Origin: the human T2T-CHM13v2.0 reference genome, Homo sapiens
NCBI GenBank assembly: GCA_009914755.4
Contig: CP068257.2
Coordinates: 44,512,001-44,576,000, forward strand
Reading direction: 5' to 3'
Length of the DNA: 64,000 bases
The translations under genes and the position numbers were made by a program. Below are positions 1 through 10,729 of the stretch, piece by piece. Every line of letters starts with the position of its first letter. Position 1 is the first letter of the stretch. The notes under the pieces are model-generated. The model did not search any database and was not told where the DNA came from. It worked only from the letters and a program-made list of their open reading frames with translations.

Positions 1-10
1 TGCTCTAAGG

Positions 11-300
11 TGAGCTCACCCGAGACACTGGGCCAGAGATCAGCCTATTCTGGGATGAGCTCATCCGAGTCACACTGGGCCAGGGCTCAGCCTATTCCAG
101 GATGAGCTCACCCGAGTCACACTGGACCAGGGCTCAGCCTATTCTAGGATGAGCTCACCAGAGTCACAGTGGACCAAGGCTCAGCCTGCTCTAGGATGAC
201 CTCACTGGAGTCACACTGGACCAGGACTCAGCCTATTCCAAGATAACCTCACCCAAGTCACACTGGACCAAGCTCACCCTGCTCCAGGATGATCTCACCT
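11..300. repeat. Tandem minisatellite, ~46-47 bp unit x ~6 (gagctcacccgagtcacactgggccagggctcagcctattccaggat)
   Basis: The periodicity is visible directly in the sequence. Confidence 0.85.
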
Positions 301-354
301 GAGCTCACTGCATCTGCAAGGACCCCATTTCCAAACAAGGTCACATCCAGAGGT

Positions 355-800
355 CTGGGGCTTAGGGTTAGGGGTTGGGGTTGGGGTTGGGGTTGGGGTT
401 GGGGGTAGGGGTCAGGAGTCAGGGTCAGATTTAGGGTCAGGGTCAGGGTCAGGGTCAGGGTCAGGTTTAGGGTCAGGGTCAGGTTTAGGGTCAGGGTCAG
501 GGTCAGGGTGAGGGTCAGGTTTAGGGTCAGGGTGAGGGTCAGGTTTAGGGTCAGGGTGAGGGTCAGGTTTAGGGTCAGGGTGAGGGTCAGGTTTAGGGTC
601 AGGGTGAGGGTGAGGGTCAGGTTTAGGGTGAGGGTCAGGTTTAGGGTCAGGGTCAGGGTCAGGGTCAGGGTGAGGGTCAGGGTGAGGGTCAGGTTTAGGG
701 TCAGGGTGAGGGTCAGGGTGAGGGTCAGGTTTAGGGTCAGGGTGAGGGTGAGGGTGAGGGTGAGGGTCAGGTTTAGGGTGAGGGTCAGGGTCAGGAGTCA
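355..800 (+). repeat. Interstitial telomere-like hexamer array made of variant repeats (TTAGGG, TTGGGG, TCAGGG, TGAGGG, TTTAGGG), G-rich on the + strand
   Basis: The sequence reads ttagggttaggggttggggttgggg... then (gggtca/gggtga/ggttta)n. The six-frame ORFs show DP/RV dipeptide periodicity. Unique sequence continues on both sides, so the array is internal rather than a chromosome end. Confidence 0.85.
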
Positions 801-1369
801 ACATGTGAAACTGGGGAAATGCAGTTCACTCTGGATACCCTGAAACTTTGTTGTCCTTTGAAAAGACTCACTCTTTTCTTCATACTCCACCGCTCTGTCA
901 TCTGACCACACAGCCTGCAGCTCCAGGGGAGTACGTCAGTTATTTTCTCTTCCTTTCCTCCTTTTCCCATCCCACAAAAAAACTACGCAAATGCCAGCAG
1001 GAGATGCAGAAGAGGCCCGCCTGTTTTGCTAAGCCCCTGCGCCCTGAGTGTCAGCCCTCAGATCTCTGTGCTCCAGGTGAACACCGCGGGTCCCGCAGGT
1101 GGAGGGAGGCAGAGGCCCCTGCAGGTGCACAGGCTCCACCCACAGGAGCTACACAGGAGCTGCCCAGGGCCTCTGCAGGGAGAGGGCGCTCCCCTCTCTC
1201 GTGCCAGCTCCCACGTGTGCAGCCTCGGACCCTGCAGGGCAGGAACGTCAGTCCCACTGGAAGGGACTTCCAGCTACCTACAGGCTCTACCCACAGCTCC
1301 ACCCAGCAACTGCCGCTCACCATTGGCCCTTCACCAATTACACCACACCAGCATCCCCTCACCAGCATC

Positions 1370-2000
1370 CCTCACAAATGTCCCCTCATGGTCCCAACAC
1401 CAATGTCCCCTCAAATGTCCCCTCATGGTCCCAACACCAATGTCCCCTCACAAATGTCTCCTCCCTCACGGTCCTAACATCAATGTCCCCTCACAAATGT
1501 CCCCTCATGGTCCTAACACCAATGTCCCCTCATGGTCCCAACACCAGTGTCCCCTCACAAATGTCCCCTTCATTGTCCCAACACCAATGTCCCCACACAA
1601 ATGTTCCCTCACGGTCCTAACACCAATGTCCCCTCACAATGTCCCCTCATGGTCCCAACACCAATGCCCCCTCACCGTCCCAACACCAATGTCCCCTCAC
1701 AAATGTCCCCTCACCATCCCCAACACCAATGTCCCCTCACCAATGTCCCCTCCCAGCCTTCCCTCCTGAGTCCCCTCCCCAGTCTCCCCTCCCAGACTCC
1801 CCTCCCAGCCTCCCCTCCCCAGCATTCCCTCCCAGCCTCCCCTCCCCAGCGTTCCCTCCCAGCCTCCCCTCCCAGCCTCCCCTCCCCAGCGTTCCCTCCC
1901 AGCCTCCCCTCCCCAGCCTCCCCTCCCCAGCGTTCCCTCCCAGCCTCCCCTCCCAGCATTCCCTCCCAGCATTCCCTCCCAGTCTCCCCTCCCCGGCACC
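1370..2000. repeat. Compound minisatellite block: ~39-bp units (caaatgtcccctcatggtcccaacaccaatgtcccctca) then ~20-bp C-rich units (cctcccctcccagc..)
   Basis: Visible tandem periodicity. The proline/serine-rich ORFs across it are artefacts. Confidence 0.8.
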
Positions 2001-3047
2001 CCCTCCCTGTCACCCCCTGCCGGCCGGATATGTAGGAACCTTTCATGCTGAGTGATGATGGCCCTGTACCCACACACACCTTGGGTGTTTTTTCTCCCTG
2101 TAGGATTCTTGTCATTTGTCTTGGATGATGACATCTTTTTTCATGAACAAGTATGTTCTATTTTCAGAATGGGAAATCTCTCCAATAAGGCATTTGAGTT
2201 TTCTGCTTCACTCAAGGACACAGTAATCTTCTTTTTAATATCCTGCAGTGCTGACTAACAAATACATTCATACATCATCTGTCACATGTAATAGTCCATC
2301 TAGAAGTAATTTGAGAGTATAGTGATTTGCTAAATTATTTTTTAATGGAGAACTTCTCTGGAGACAGGAGGCTGGCTGGGCAGGGAGCTGAGGCAGGGAG
2401 GAAAAGTCTCCCAGGAGCCACTGGTTGAAGGGTGGACGGGAACTGAGGACAGGGCCAGTACCGTGCTCTGTGGAACTGTCCAGACCTGCCGGGAGCTGCA
2501 CCTGGGAAGCGAGGCTATCCTTCCAGCGTCGAAGGTCCTGCTGTCCCTGGGGTTTCTGTCCCATGCACAGAACCAGGGCCCCTTTCCCTCAGACAAGGGG
2601 CCTCACAGCCCAGGGACCTGCACTGAACCCCAGGTCCTCTGAATACCTGTGACCCTGCCCACTGTGGGCTGCACTGGGTGTCTGGGGACCCTGGCGCTGA
2701 GGTCTGTCTCCTCACGCTGCAACCCCATTCCCTCCAACCCTGGCTCCCATGGGCCACTGACCATATGTCCTGCTCCTGCCCCAAGACCCGCAGCTCAGCT
2801 CTCAGCCCTGCCCCCAAAACCGCCAACACACAACACAGGTTTGGTGCCAAAACTTTACTGGAGGTCACATGGGACTAGGGGCCTTCTGTCCCTGCCAGCG
2901 CCTCCATTCCCAGGCGATGCCCCGCTGCCTGCCCACCTATCCTCCGGGCCCCACACGAACAAGCTGTGTCCCCACCGAGGTCACAGCTCTGCCCTCTGGG
3001 GATGGGCGAGGGAGGGGCCACAGAGCCCGGAGAGGCCTCCCGCACCG

Positions 3048-3134
3048 TCACTCCTGCCGGGTCTCCAAGCAGTCCAGCACCAGTGCAGCCTGGGTCTTGG
3101 CTTCCTGCAGGAGGCTGGAAACACGATGGTGGAT
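3048..3134 (-). CDS. FTCD: FTCD terminal coding exon (..[28 protein letters not shown]), stop codon 3048-3050
   Basis: ORF 3048..3233(-) ends with the FTCD C-terminus. Acceptor ctttccctgtgtccatcag|ATC lies immediately upstream. Phase is continuous with the previous exon. Confidence 0.88.
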
Positions 3135-3299
3135 CTGATGGACACAGGGAAAGAGGGGTCTGGTAGTTCCAGTCTTCAGCCCAGCTTGCTGGGCAGCAAC
3201 CTCCGACCCCCACTGCCCACGGCCAGTCGGCAATCACCCTGAGGCTGTGAATCCAGGCCCCCACGTGGGGTCCGGGCACCACACCTGCCTCCTGCTCAC

Positions 3300-3395
3300 C
3301 TGGTCCTTAAATGCCTCGTCTGTGATGTCCCTCAGGTTGATGAGCACGTTGAAATATGCGCCAAACACGCCCATCTCCAGGGCTTTGGCCGCCAC
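3300..3395 (-). CDS. FTCD: FTCD coding exon 13 ([32 protein letters not shown])
   Basis: ORF 3234..3923(-) contains this peptide. It is flanked by acceptor ccttgcag|GTG and donor CAG|gtgagc. Confidence 0.88.
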
Positions 3396-3949
3396 CTGCA
3401 AGGACCCCAGGGAGCCCCTACATGGATCAAGGCTGAGCAAACTGCCGGAAGGAGGGTCTCTGCCTGACGGGCTCTGGGACAGGCCGGACTTCGTCCTCCT
3501 CCTCACAAGGAGCCCAGCGCAGCCCCCGCTTTCGCCCCACAGAGGGCTAAGCCCCACCACTGAGCTTAGAAAACAAAACTTTCTCTTATCCAAGCAGGGC
3601 TCAGCCCCACAGGAGGCCTGGGAGCAGTCACACTGGAGGCTCTCCGCCACTCTAGGAACCAGGACCACAGTTCTAGAGACAGTCATCCCCTGGAGGGCCC
3701 CCGGAGGCAGCTTCAGGCTAACGGCCCGCCCACTGCCCAGGGACACTTCCCAGGGACTGAGGGGACACTTCTCTGGGACCAGATGCTGAAAAGAGGCGTC
3801 TTTCCTATAAAGAACCCGAAGACCATGAGGTCTTAGGGCAGCTGCAGAAAGTGCTGAGCCCATGAGAGAGACGCTCCTTCTCTGGGACCCTCTGCCCAGC
3901 TGTGGCCCGTCAGTGTGAGGCATCTACTTCCAAGAGCTGCCTTGTGTGC

Positions 3950-4255
3950 TTTCTCGTGTTTTGTTGTTTTTGACCCAGGGTCTTGCTCTGTCACCAAGGC
4001 TGGAGCGCAGTGGTGTGATCACAGCTCACTGCAGCCTTGACCTCCTGTGCTCAAGCAATTCTCCTGCCTCAGCCTCCCAAGTAGCTGGGACCACAGGCAC
4101 CACCGTGCCTGGCTCATATGTATCTATTGTACAGCCAGGGTCCCACTATGTTGCCCAGGCTGGTCTCGACCTCCTCTATTCAAGTGATCCTCCCGCCTCA
4201 GCCTCCCAAAGTGCTGGGACCACAGGCGAGAACCATTGTGCCTGGGCTGACATAG
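3950..4255 (-). mobile_element. Alu element (minus orientation, internally rearranged)
   Basis: Reverse-complement Alu hallmark ggctggagcgcagtggtg ... gcctcagcctcccaagtagctggga. Confidence 0.8.
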
Positions 4256-4564
4256 GTGTTTTCTAGAACAAGACAGTGGGGGTGATACAAGGGGTCTTGG
4301 GGGAGTATACACTTATACAGTGGTCAGGGTGGGCTCTGCAGACACATTTGGGTCTCCGTCTGTGGTGCCGCCGTGAGCGAGATCTTAGAAGGCAGCGGAC
4401 ACCCCGGCCCTGTTGGAGGAGGCCAAAGCCCCGGGAACTGCCCGTGAAGTGAGGTCTCCCTACCTGGCTCAGCCCAGCCAACCACCGTGCTCTCCAGCAA
4501 CTCAGCCCCAACAGCTGCTTCCTGCTTTGCGGCAGGAGGCCTGGGGTCCCCCGGGCCCCCCTAC

Positions 4565-4703
4565 CTGGAGGTCTGACCGGCAGGCCAGGTTCCCACACCG
4601 GGCCAGTTCCTGCAGCGCCGGCCACAGCGAGGCCACCGTCTCCGCCAGCGTCAGCGGCACAGAGACTGCCCGCCTCAGACCCTCCTGTAGGGCCGCCGTG
4701 CGC
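4565..4703 (-). CDS. FTCD: FTCD coding exon 12 (..[46 protein letters not shown])
   Basis: ORF 4502..4936(-). Acceptor cctttcag|G completes the Arg codon begun in exon 11. Donor CAG|gtaggg. Manual indexing suggests a possible 1-nt offset. Confidence 0.85.
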
Positions 4704-4936
4704 CTGAAAGGAGCAAGAGGAGAGCCTGAGCACAGCGGCACACACAGGCAGGCAGTGGACACACTGCACCCCAACAGGGCTGAGCAGGCTGCAGAAGCGG
4801 GCGATGGGAAGTCATTCCCAAACACCCAGCACGCCCAGGCCAACCACGCCCCGTCACAGCACCCAGGTACTCGGGATCCTGGCCACCAACTCCCCAGACA
4901 CAGAGGCCCACGGTGCGGCCGGCCCTCCAGGCTCAC

Positions 4937-4980
4937 CTGTCCTTTTCCTCAGGTGTGTTCTTGGGGAGCCTCATTGCTTC
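4937..4980 (-). CDS. FTCD: FTCD coding exon 11 ([14 protein letters not shown] + 2 nt of R)
   Basis: ORF 4933..5181(-) ends ...[17 protein letters not shown]. Acceptor tggcag|GAA; donor AG|gtgagc splits the Arg codon. Confidence 0.85.
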
Positions 4981-6189
4981 CTGCCATAAAGAGACAGAAC
5001 CACTGGGCGAGGGACCGTAGGGGGAGCAGCCATGCCCTCTGAGCTCCCACAAGGGGCTGTAGCAAGGAGCATGTCCCAGGCAGGGACCAGTTCTCTGGGA
5101 ACCAAGCTTCTGTTGGGCCAGTGGTTTATAGCCCTTAGCATCAGGCTTGGTGGAGGAGCAGGGTAGGGGGGGTCGGGGCACACAGCAGATGGTCAGAGAC
5201 CCGGGGATGTGAGAAGCAGGTAGTTCCCTCAGGGCCCTTATTCTCAGCTAAAGAGCCTGAGGGCCCAGGAGGTCCCCTGAGCCCTCAGAACCTGTAGGCA
5301 GGAGTGGCTCTGGGCCTGTGTCTCCAACACAAGCAGCTGCACCGCCCCCAAGCCTGGGCATAAGAGGCTCAGACTGTGCAGAAGGACCAAGAGCAAACCT
5401 CAAAGCCCCTCATGTCCCTGCCCCGGTCACAGGCACTGGCCTTTCCTAGGTGCTCATGTGTGTAGCTCACGGCGTCACCGTAAGGCACTCGGCTCCTCGG
5501 ACCCACCCCGTGTGGAAGAGCATAGCTGGGACCACACACCAACCTTCCAAGGACCCACTGGGAGCCCTACTCACACGGACTGTGGCCAGAGCCCTGGCCA
5601 AGGGGTTCTCAGTGGGGAATATGCTCACTTCATCTTGGAAGATTCAGCCAACTCTCCACCAGAAAGTCATCATCAACAGCCCCTACCCTCGACCATGGAT
5701 GAGAGCAAATGCTCCCTGGGCGCCAGCCAGATCTGGATCCTTTGACCATTCCGACAGCAGTGATCGAGGAACAGAAATGCCCAGTGTCTCCCTGACTGGC
5801 TGGGGCATCATCCAGACCAGGCCTCCTGGCTGCAGCCCCTCTCCCAGGCTGTCCTCTGCACAAGGGTCTGTAGCAGTTGCAGGCGGAGGCAGGACAGCCA
5901 TCCTCAAGCTGCGACTCGCGCTACGAACACTCTCTCACACCCAGGCCTTGCGGTGTCCATGGTCTCCCTGGGCAGATCTTGGCCAAGGGTGTGCTTTAGG
6001 TGGCCTCATCTGCGTCCGGCCGAGGCCTGCCCGCCCGGTCCGTTTTGTTTTCTGTGATTTATCGTGAGGCTTGGTTGTGTTGGTGATGGGGAAATACAGT
6101 TTTCTATTCCATCTGGAAATTACTTATGTATTTGGTGCAAGGTACAGATATCTCCTTATGTTTTTCAAAAGTCGACCTTTGCATTGCTC

Positions 6190-7365
6190 AGAGGGAGCAT
6201 AAACCAATCCAGCACTCCCCGTCCACCTTCACATTGCTCACAGGGAGTGTACACCAACCCAGCACTCCCCGTCCACCTTCACGTGCCTCACAGGGTGCGT
6301 AAACCAATGCAGCACTCCCCATCCACCTTCACATTGTTCACAGGGAATGTAAATCAACCCAGCCCTCCCCGTCCACCTTCGCATTGCTCAGAGGGAGTGT
6401 AAACCAACCCAGCACTCCCCCGTCCACCTTCACGTGGCTCACAGGGAGTGTAAACCAATCCAGCACTCCCCGTCCACCTTCACGTGGCTCACAGGGAGTG
6501 TAAACCAATCCAGCACTCCCCGTCCACCTTCGCGTGGCTCACAGGGAGTGTAAACCAACCCAGCACTCCTCGTCCACCTTCACATTGTTCGCAGGGAATG
6601 TAAATCAACCCAGCCCTCCCCGTCCACCTTCGCATTGCTCAGAGGGAGTGTAAACCAACCCAGCACTCCCCGTCCACCTTCACGTGGCTCACAGGGAGTG
6701 TAAACCAATCCAGCACTCCCCCGTCCACCTTCACGTGGCTCACAGGGAGTGTAAACCAACCCAGCACTCCTCGTCCACCTTCACGTGGCTCACAGGGAGT
6801 GTAAACCAATCCAGCACTCCCCGTCTGCCTTCACATTGCTCACAGGGAGCGTAAACCAACCCAGCACTCCTCGTCCACCTTCACATTGTTCGCAGGGAAT
6901 GTAAATCAACCCAGCCCTCCCCGTCCACCTTCGCATTGCTCAGAGGGAGTGTAAACCAACCCAGCACTCCCCGTCCACCTTCACGTGGCTCACAGGGAGT
7001 GTAAACCAATCCAGCACTCCCCGTCTGCCTTCACATTGCTCACAGGGAGCGTAAACCAACCCAGCACTCCCCGTCCACCTTCACGTGGCTCACAGGGAGC
7101 GTAAACCAATCCAGCACTCCCCGTCAGCCTTCACATTGCTCACAGGGAGCGTAAACCAATCCAGCACTCCCCGTCTGCCTTCACATTGCTCACAGGGAGC
7201 GTAAACCAATCCAGCACTCCCCGTCCACCTTCACGTGGCTCACAGGGAGTGTAAACCAATCCAGCACTCCCCGTCTGCCTTCACATTGCTCACAGGGAGC
7301 GTAAACCAATCCAGCACTCCCCGTCCACCTTCACGTGGCTCACAGGGAGCGTAAACCAATCCACT
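6190..7365. repeat. VNTR, 50-bp unit x ~23 (ccttcacattgctcacagggagcgtaaaccaatccagcactccccgtcca) in an FTCD intron
   Basis: Exact 50-nt spacing of the cgtccacctt motif across lines 6421-7361. Confidence 0.9.
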
Positions 7366-7561
7366 GATTTCGACCACTGATGCCTAGCACAGTCTCACTG
7401 TCCCCGCTCATGGTTCTCTAAACCACACGTCTTGTTTCCTTCCTGTCCCTTGATTACATTTTCATCTATGTACTTTTCCTACTTGTTTTTTAATTATTCA
7501 CCTTATTTTAAATTTCTAAACATAAAATTGTTCCTATGTTTTATATACATATGTTTACATT

Positions 7562-7860
7562 AGAGACAGGGTGTCGTTCTGTTGCCCAGGCTAGAGTGCA
7601 GTGGTGCAATCACGACTCACTGCAGCCTCAAACTCCTGGCCTCAAGCTACCCCCACTTAAGCCTCCTGAGTAGCTGGGACCACAGGTACCTGCTACCACG
7701 CCTGGCTTTATTTTTTTTTTTTCTTTTTGGGTGGGTAAATACAGGGTCTTGGTGTGTGGTCTAGGCTGGTTTCAAACACCTGAGCTCAAGGGATTTGCCC
7801 ACCTTGGTTTTCCAAAATGCTAGGATTACAGGTGTGAGCTATCATGCCTGGCCTATTTCT
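7562..7860 (-). mobile_element. Alu element (minus orientation)
   Basis: gagacagggtgtcgttctgttgcccaggctagagtgcagtggtgcaatc ... gattacaggtgtgagctatcatgcctggcc. Confidence 0.85.
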
Positions 7861-8539
7861 AATATTTATACTTAAATTCATGACTGTCTTCAAATGCCTG
7901 TCCGGGTCTAAAGTTCATCAACCCATTAAAGTATAGAAAAGATCATCTTGTTCTGGGGAGGCCATTTGAACTGTGATACAAGACCCAAAAAATATAAAGT
8001 CAGGATTGACACATTCCACGACATAAAGATTAAGAGTCATTGTCAGAAGCCCCACACGCAAAGTCCAAAGACGAACAACAAACGGGGAAAGCTGAGCCCA
8101 GAACAAGGCCTGCCTCCCCTATTAAAAAAAAAAAATACTAGAAGGCAGCGAAAGCCCCAAGAGAAACTAAGATAAAAGGAGTCAAAAAATATTCACCAGA
8201 TAACTTCCTGGAAAAGAAGTAAAAACCACTGCTAAATGTACGGAACATGCTTAACCTGCCCGGTAATGAGAAGCGCATCCCAGAAAGCAGGGTTCTGCAA
8301 GCAGGTGTTGGGTGCCCTGGGCCCCCCCGGGGAGGGGGGTGCTTCCCCCAGTGGAAAACCCAAGGGGCCAGGCTGGGAGCGGGCGGGGCTGTGTGCGAGG
8401 GGAAGGAAAGGCGGAGCTCTGAGGCAGCAAGAGAGGCGAGCACTGGGCGGGCTGTGGCGAAGGCGGGGTGAACCCCCGAAGGGCCTATCTACTGTAAAAA
8501 GTAAATAAATAAAACCTGAATTTTTAAAATGACTGGAAA

Positions 8540-9610
8540 CGGTGATCAGCGTCTACACCTCCCTGCAAACAGTGTGTCCGGAATTGGTTCCTTCTGATGT
8601 TCAGATACGTCCGGAGTTTCTTCCTTCTGGCGGGTTCGTGGTCTTGCCTGACTTCAGGAGTGAAGCCGGAGACCTTCTCAGTGAGCTCTTACAGGTGGCG
8701 CGTCGGGAGCTGTTTCTTCCTCCCGGTGAGGCCGCAGACCTTCACAGTGAGCCATAAGCTCTTACAGGTGGCGCGTCGGGAGCTGTTTCTTCCTCCCCGT
8801 GAGGCCGCCGACCTTCACAGTGAGCGTTAAGCTCTTACAGGTGGCGCGTCGGGAGCTGTTTCTTCCTCCCCGTGAGGCCGCCGACCTTCGCAGCGAGTGT
8901 TACAGCTCTTACAGGTGGCGCGTAGCACAGCTGTTAGCTCCTCCCGGTGGGTTGGTGGTCTCGCTGACTTGAGGAGTGAAGCTACACACCTTGGCAGTGA
9001 GTGTTACAGGTCGTAAAGGTAGCGAAGGCCCAAAGAGTAAGCAGCAGCAAGATTTAGTTCGAAGAGCAAAAGAACAAAGCCCCCACAGCTTGGAACAGAA
9101 CCCGCCACGGTTGGCGCTTGCTGGTTTCGGTGGCCAGCTTTTATGCCCTTATTTGGCCCCGCCCACATCCTGCTGATTGGTCCACTTTACAGAGTGCTGA
9201 TTGGTCCATTTTACAGAGTGCTGATTGGTCCGTTTTTAAAGAGTGCTGATTGGTGCGTTTACAAACCTTTAGCTAGACACAGAGCACTGACTGGTGCGTT
9301 TTTACAATACTTTAGCTAGACAGAGAAGTTCTCCAAGTTCCCACCCCAGTAGCTAGACACAGTGCTGACTGGTGTGTTTACAAACCTTTAGCTAGACAGA
9401 AAAGTTCTCCAAGTCCCCACCAGACCCAGAAGCCCAGCCAGCTTCACCTCTCCACAGGACCAGAACGGGACCCTCAGGCGACTCCCTCTGCAAATCCGGG
9501 ACTGTTTATCCGAGGCCCTCATCTTGGCTCCCTCTGTGCCTGTGTGTGGATTCCACGTGCATTTGGGGCCTGCCTTTCTCACCCAGCCTTGTAAGGTAGA
9601 CTTCCCAACT
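8540..9610 (+). mobile_element. LTR12-like (HERV9-type) solo LTR. It contains internal ~63-bp tandem repeats (8690-8900) and repeated CCAAT-box (gattggt) motifs (9170-9400)
   Basis: I recognise the tgattggtccattttacagagtgctgattggtgcgtttacaaacctttagctagacagaaaagttctccaagtcccc motif family and the gtgagtgttacagctcttacaggtggcgcgtc block. The family assignment is from memory. Confidence 0.6.
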
Positions 9611-10729
9611 TAGGGCTGGGGGTCTTGTGGCCCTCCCAGAAACACAGGCGCCCCCACCGCCCTGCTCCAGAGGCTGGGGCACATGTTTCTCTCTCCCTCC
9701 CTCCCACTCTGTCCCTCCCTGTCTCTCTCCCCACCTCCCTCTCTCCCCACTCCCCTCCCTCTCTCCCTACCCCCCCTCCCCATCTCCCTCTTGTGGGCGG
9801 CAAGCCAGCCAGGTGCCCAGGCAAGAGACCGAGGGCACGAGCTGTTTTAGTACAATAAAATATATAAAATAACAAGAGTTGTACTAGATATAGATCATAG
9901 ATATGATTATATATAATTATTAATCATTAGTTTGTAGCAATTACTCTTTAACATTATAATAATCTTTGCTCTGCAATCATAACCTAGGAAAAACCAGGCC
10001 ATACACAGATAGGAGTTGAAGGGGCACGCTAAAAAGTGACCAAAAAACGAGTGTGAGCTCTTTGTCAGGCCTGGGCAGGGCCACTAGAGGGCTCCTTGGT
10101 CTAGCGGTAAGGCCAGCGTCTGGGAAGGCGCCCGTTACCAAGCGGAGCATGGTCTATGGTAGTGTCAGTGCCAAAGAAAAGCATCCGCTACTTAGCAGAT
10201 CGGAAAAGGCAGTCTCCCTTTCTCCAGGGGAGTTTGAAGAAGACTCTGGTCCACCACCTCTTGTAAAGGGCCCACCCGCAGTTATCCCGAGGCCTAATCG
10301 TCTCCCTGTGATGCTGTGCTTTAGAGCTCATGCTCCTGTTTCACTTTTATGTTCCACTCTGTACACCTGGCTCCGCCCTCTAGATAACAGTAGCAAACTT
10401 AGTAAAAGTATTAGTCTTTAATCTTTCTAAAAAGAGGATTAAAAAAAATGATGTGAGCTGTCCTCTCTCTCTCTGCCTCAGCTACCTAACAGGGAAGGGG
10501 CCCCTGTGCGGTGGACATGTGACTCACGTGACCTTATCAATCATTAAAGATGACTCACACTCTTTACCCTGCCTCTTTTGCTTTGTATCCAATAAATAAC
10601 AGCGCAGCCAGGCATTCAGGGCCACTACCGGTCTCCGTGTCTTAGTGGTAGTGGTCCCCCGGGCCCAGCTGTCTTTTCTTCTCTTTGTCTTGTGTCTTTA
10701 TTTCTATAATCTCTCATCTCTACACACGG

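Noticed and set aside
355-800. Possibility that the telomeric hexamers mark the actual chromosome end or an assembly gap
   Set aside because: Unique, gene-bearing sequence continues on both sides (minisatellites upstream, the FTCD 3' end downstream), and the array consists of variant rather than canonical repeats. It is an interstitial array.
2000-3048. Exact FTCD 3'UTR end / poly(A) signal (a candidate ATTAAA lies on the minus strand near 2338-2343)
   Set aside because: I could not find a canonical AATAAA with confidence, and I do not remember the UTR length. I left it unannotated rather than guess.
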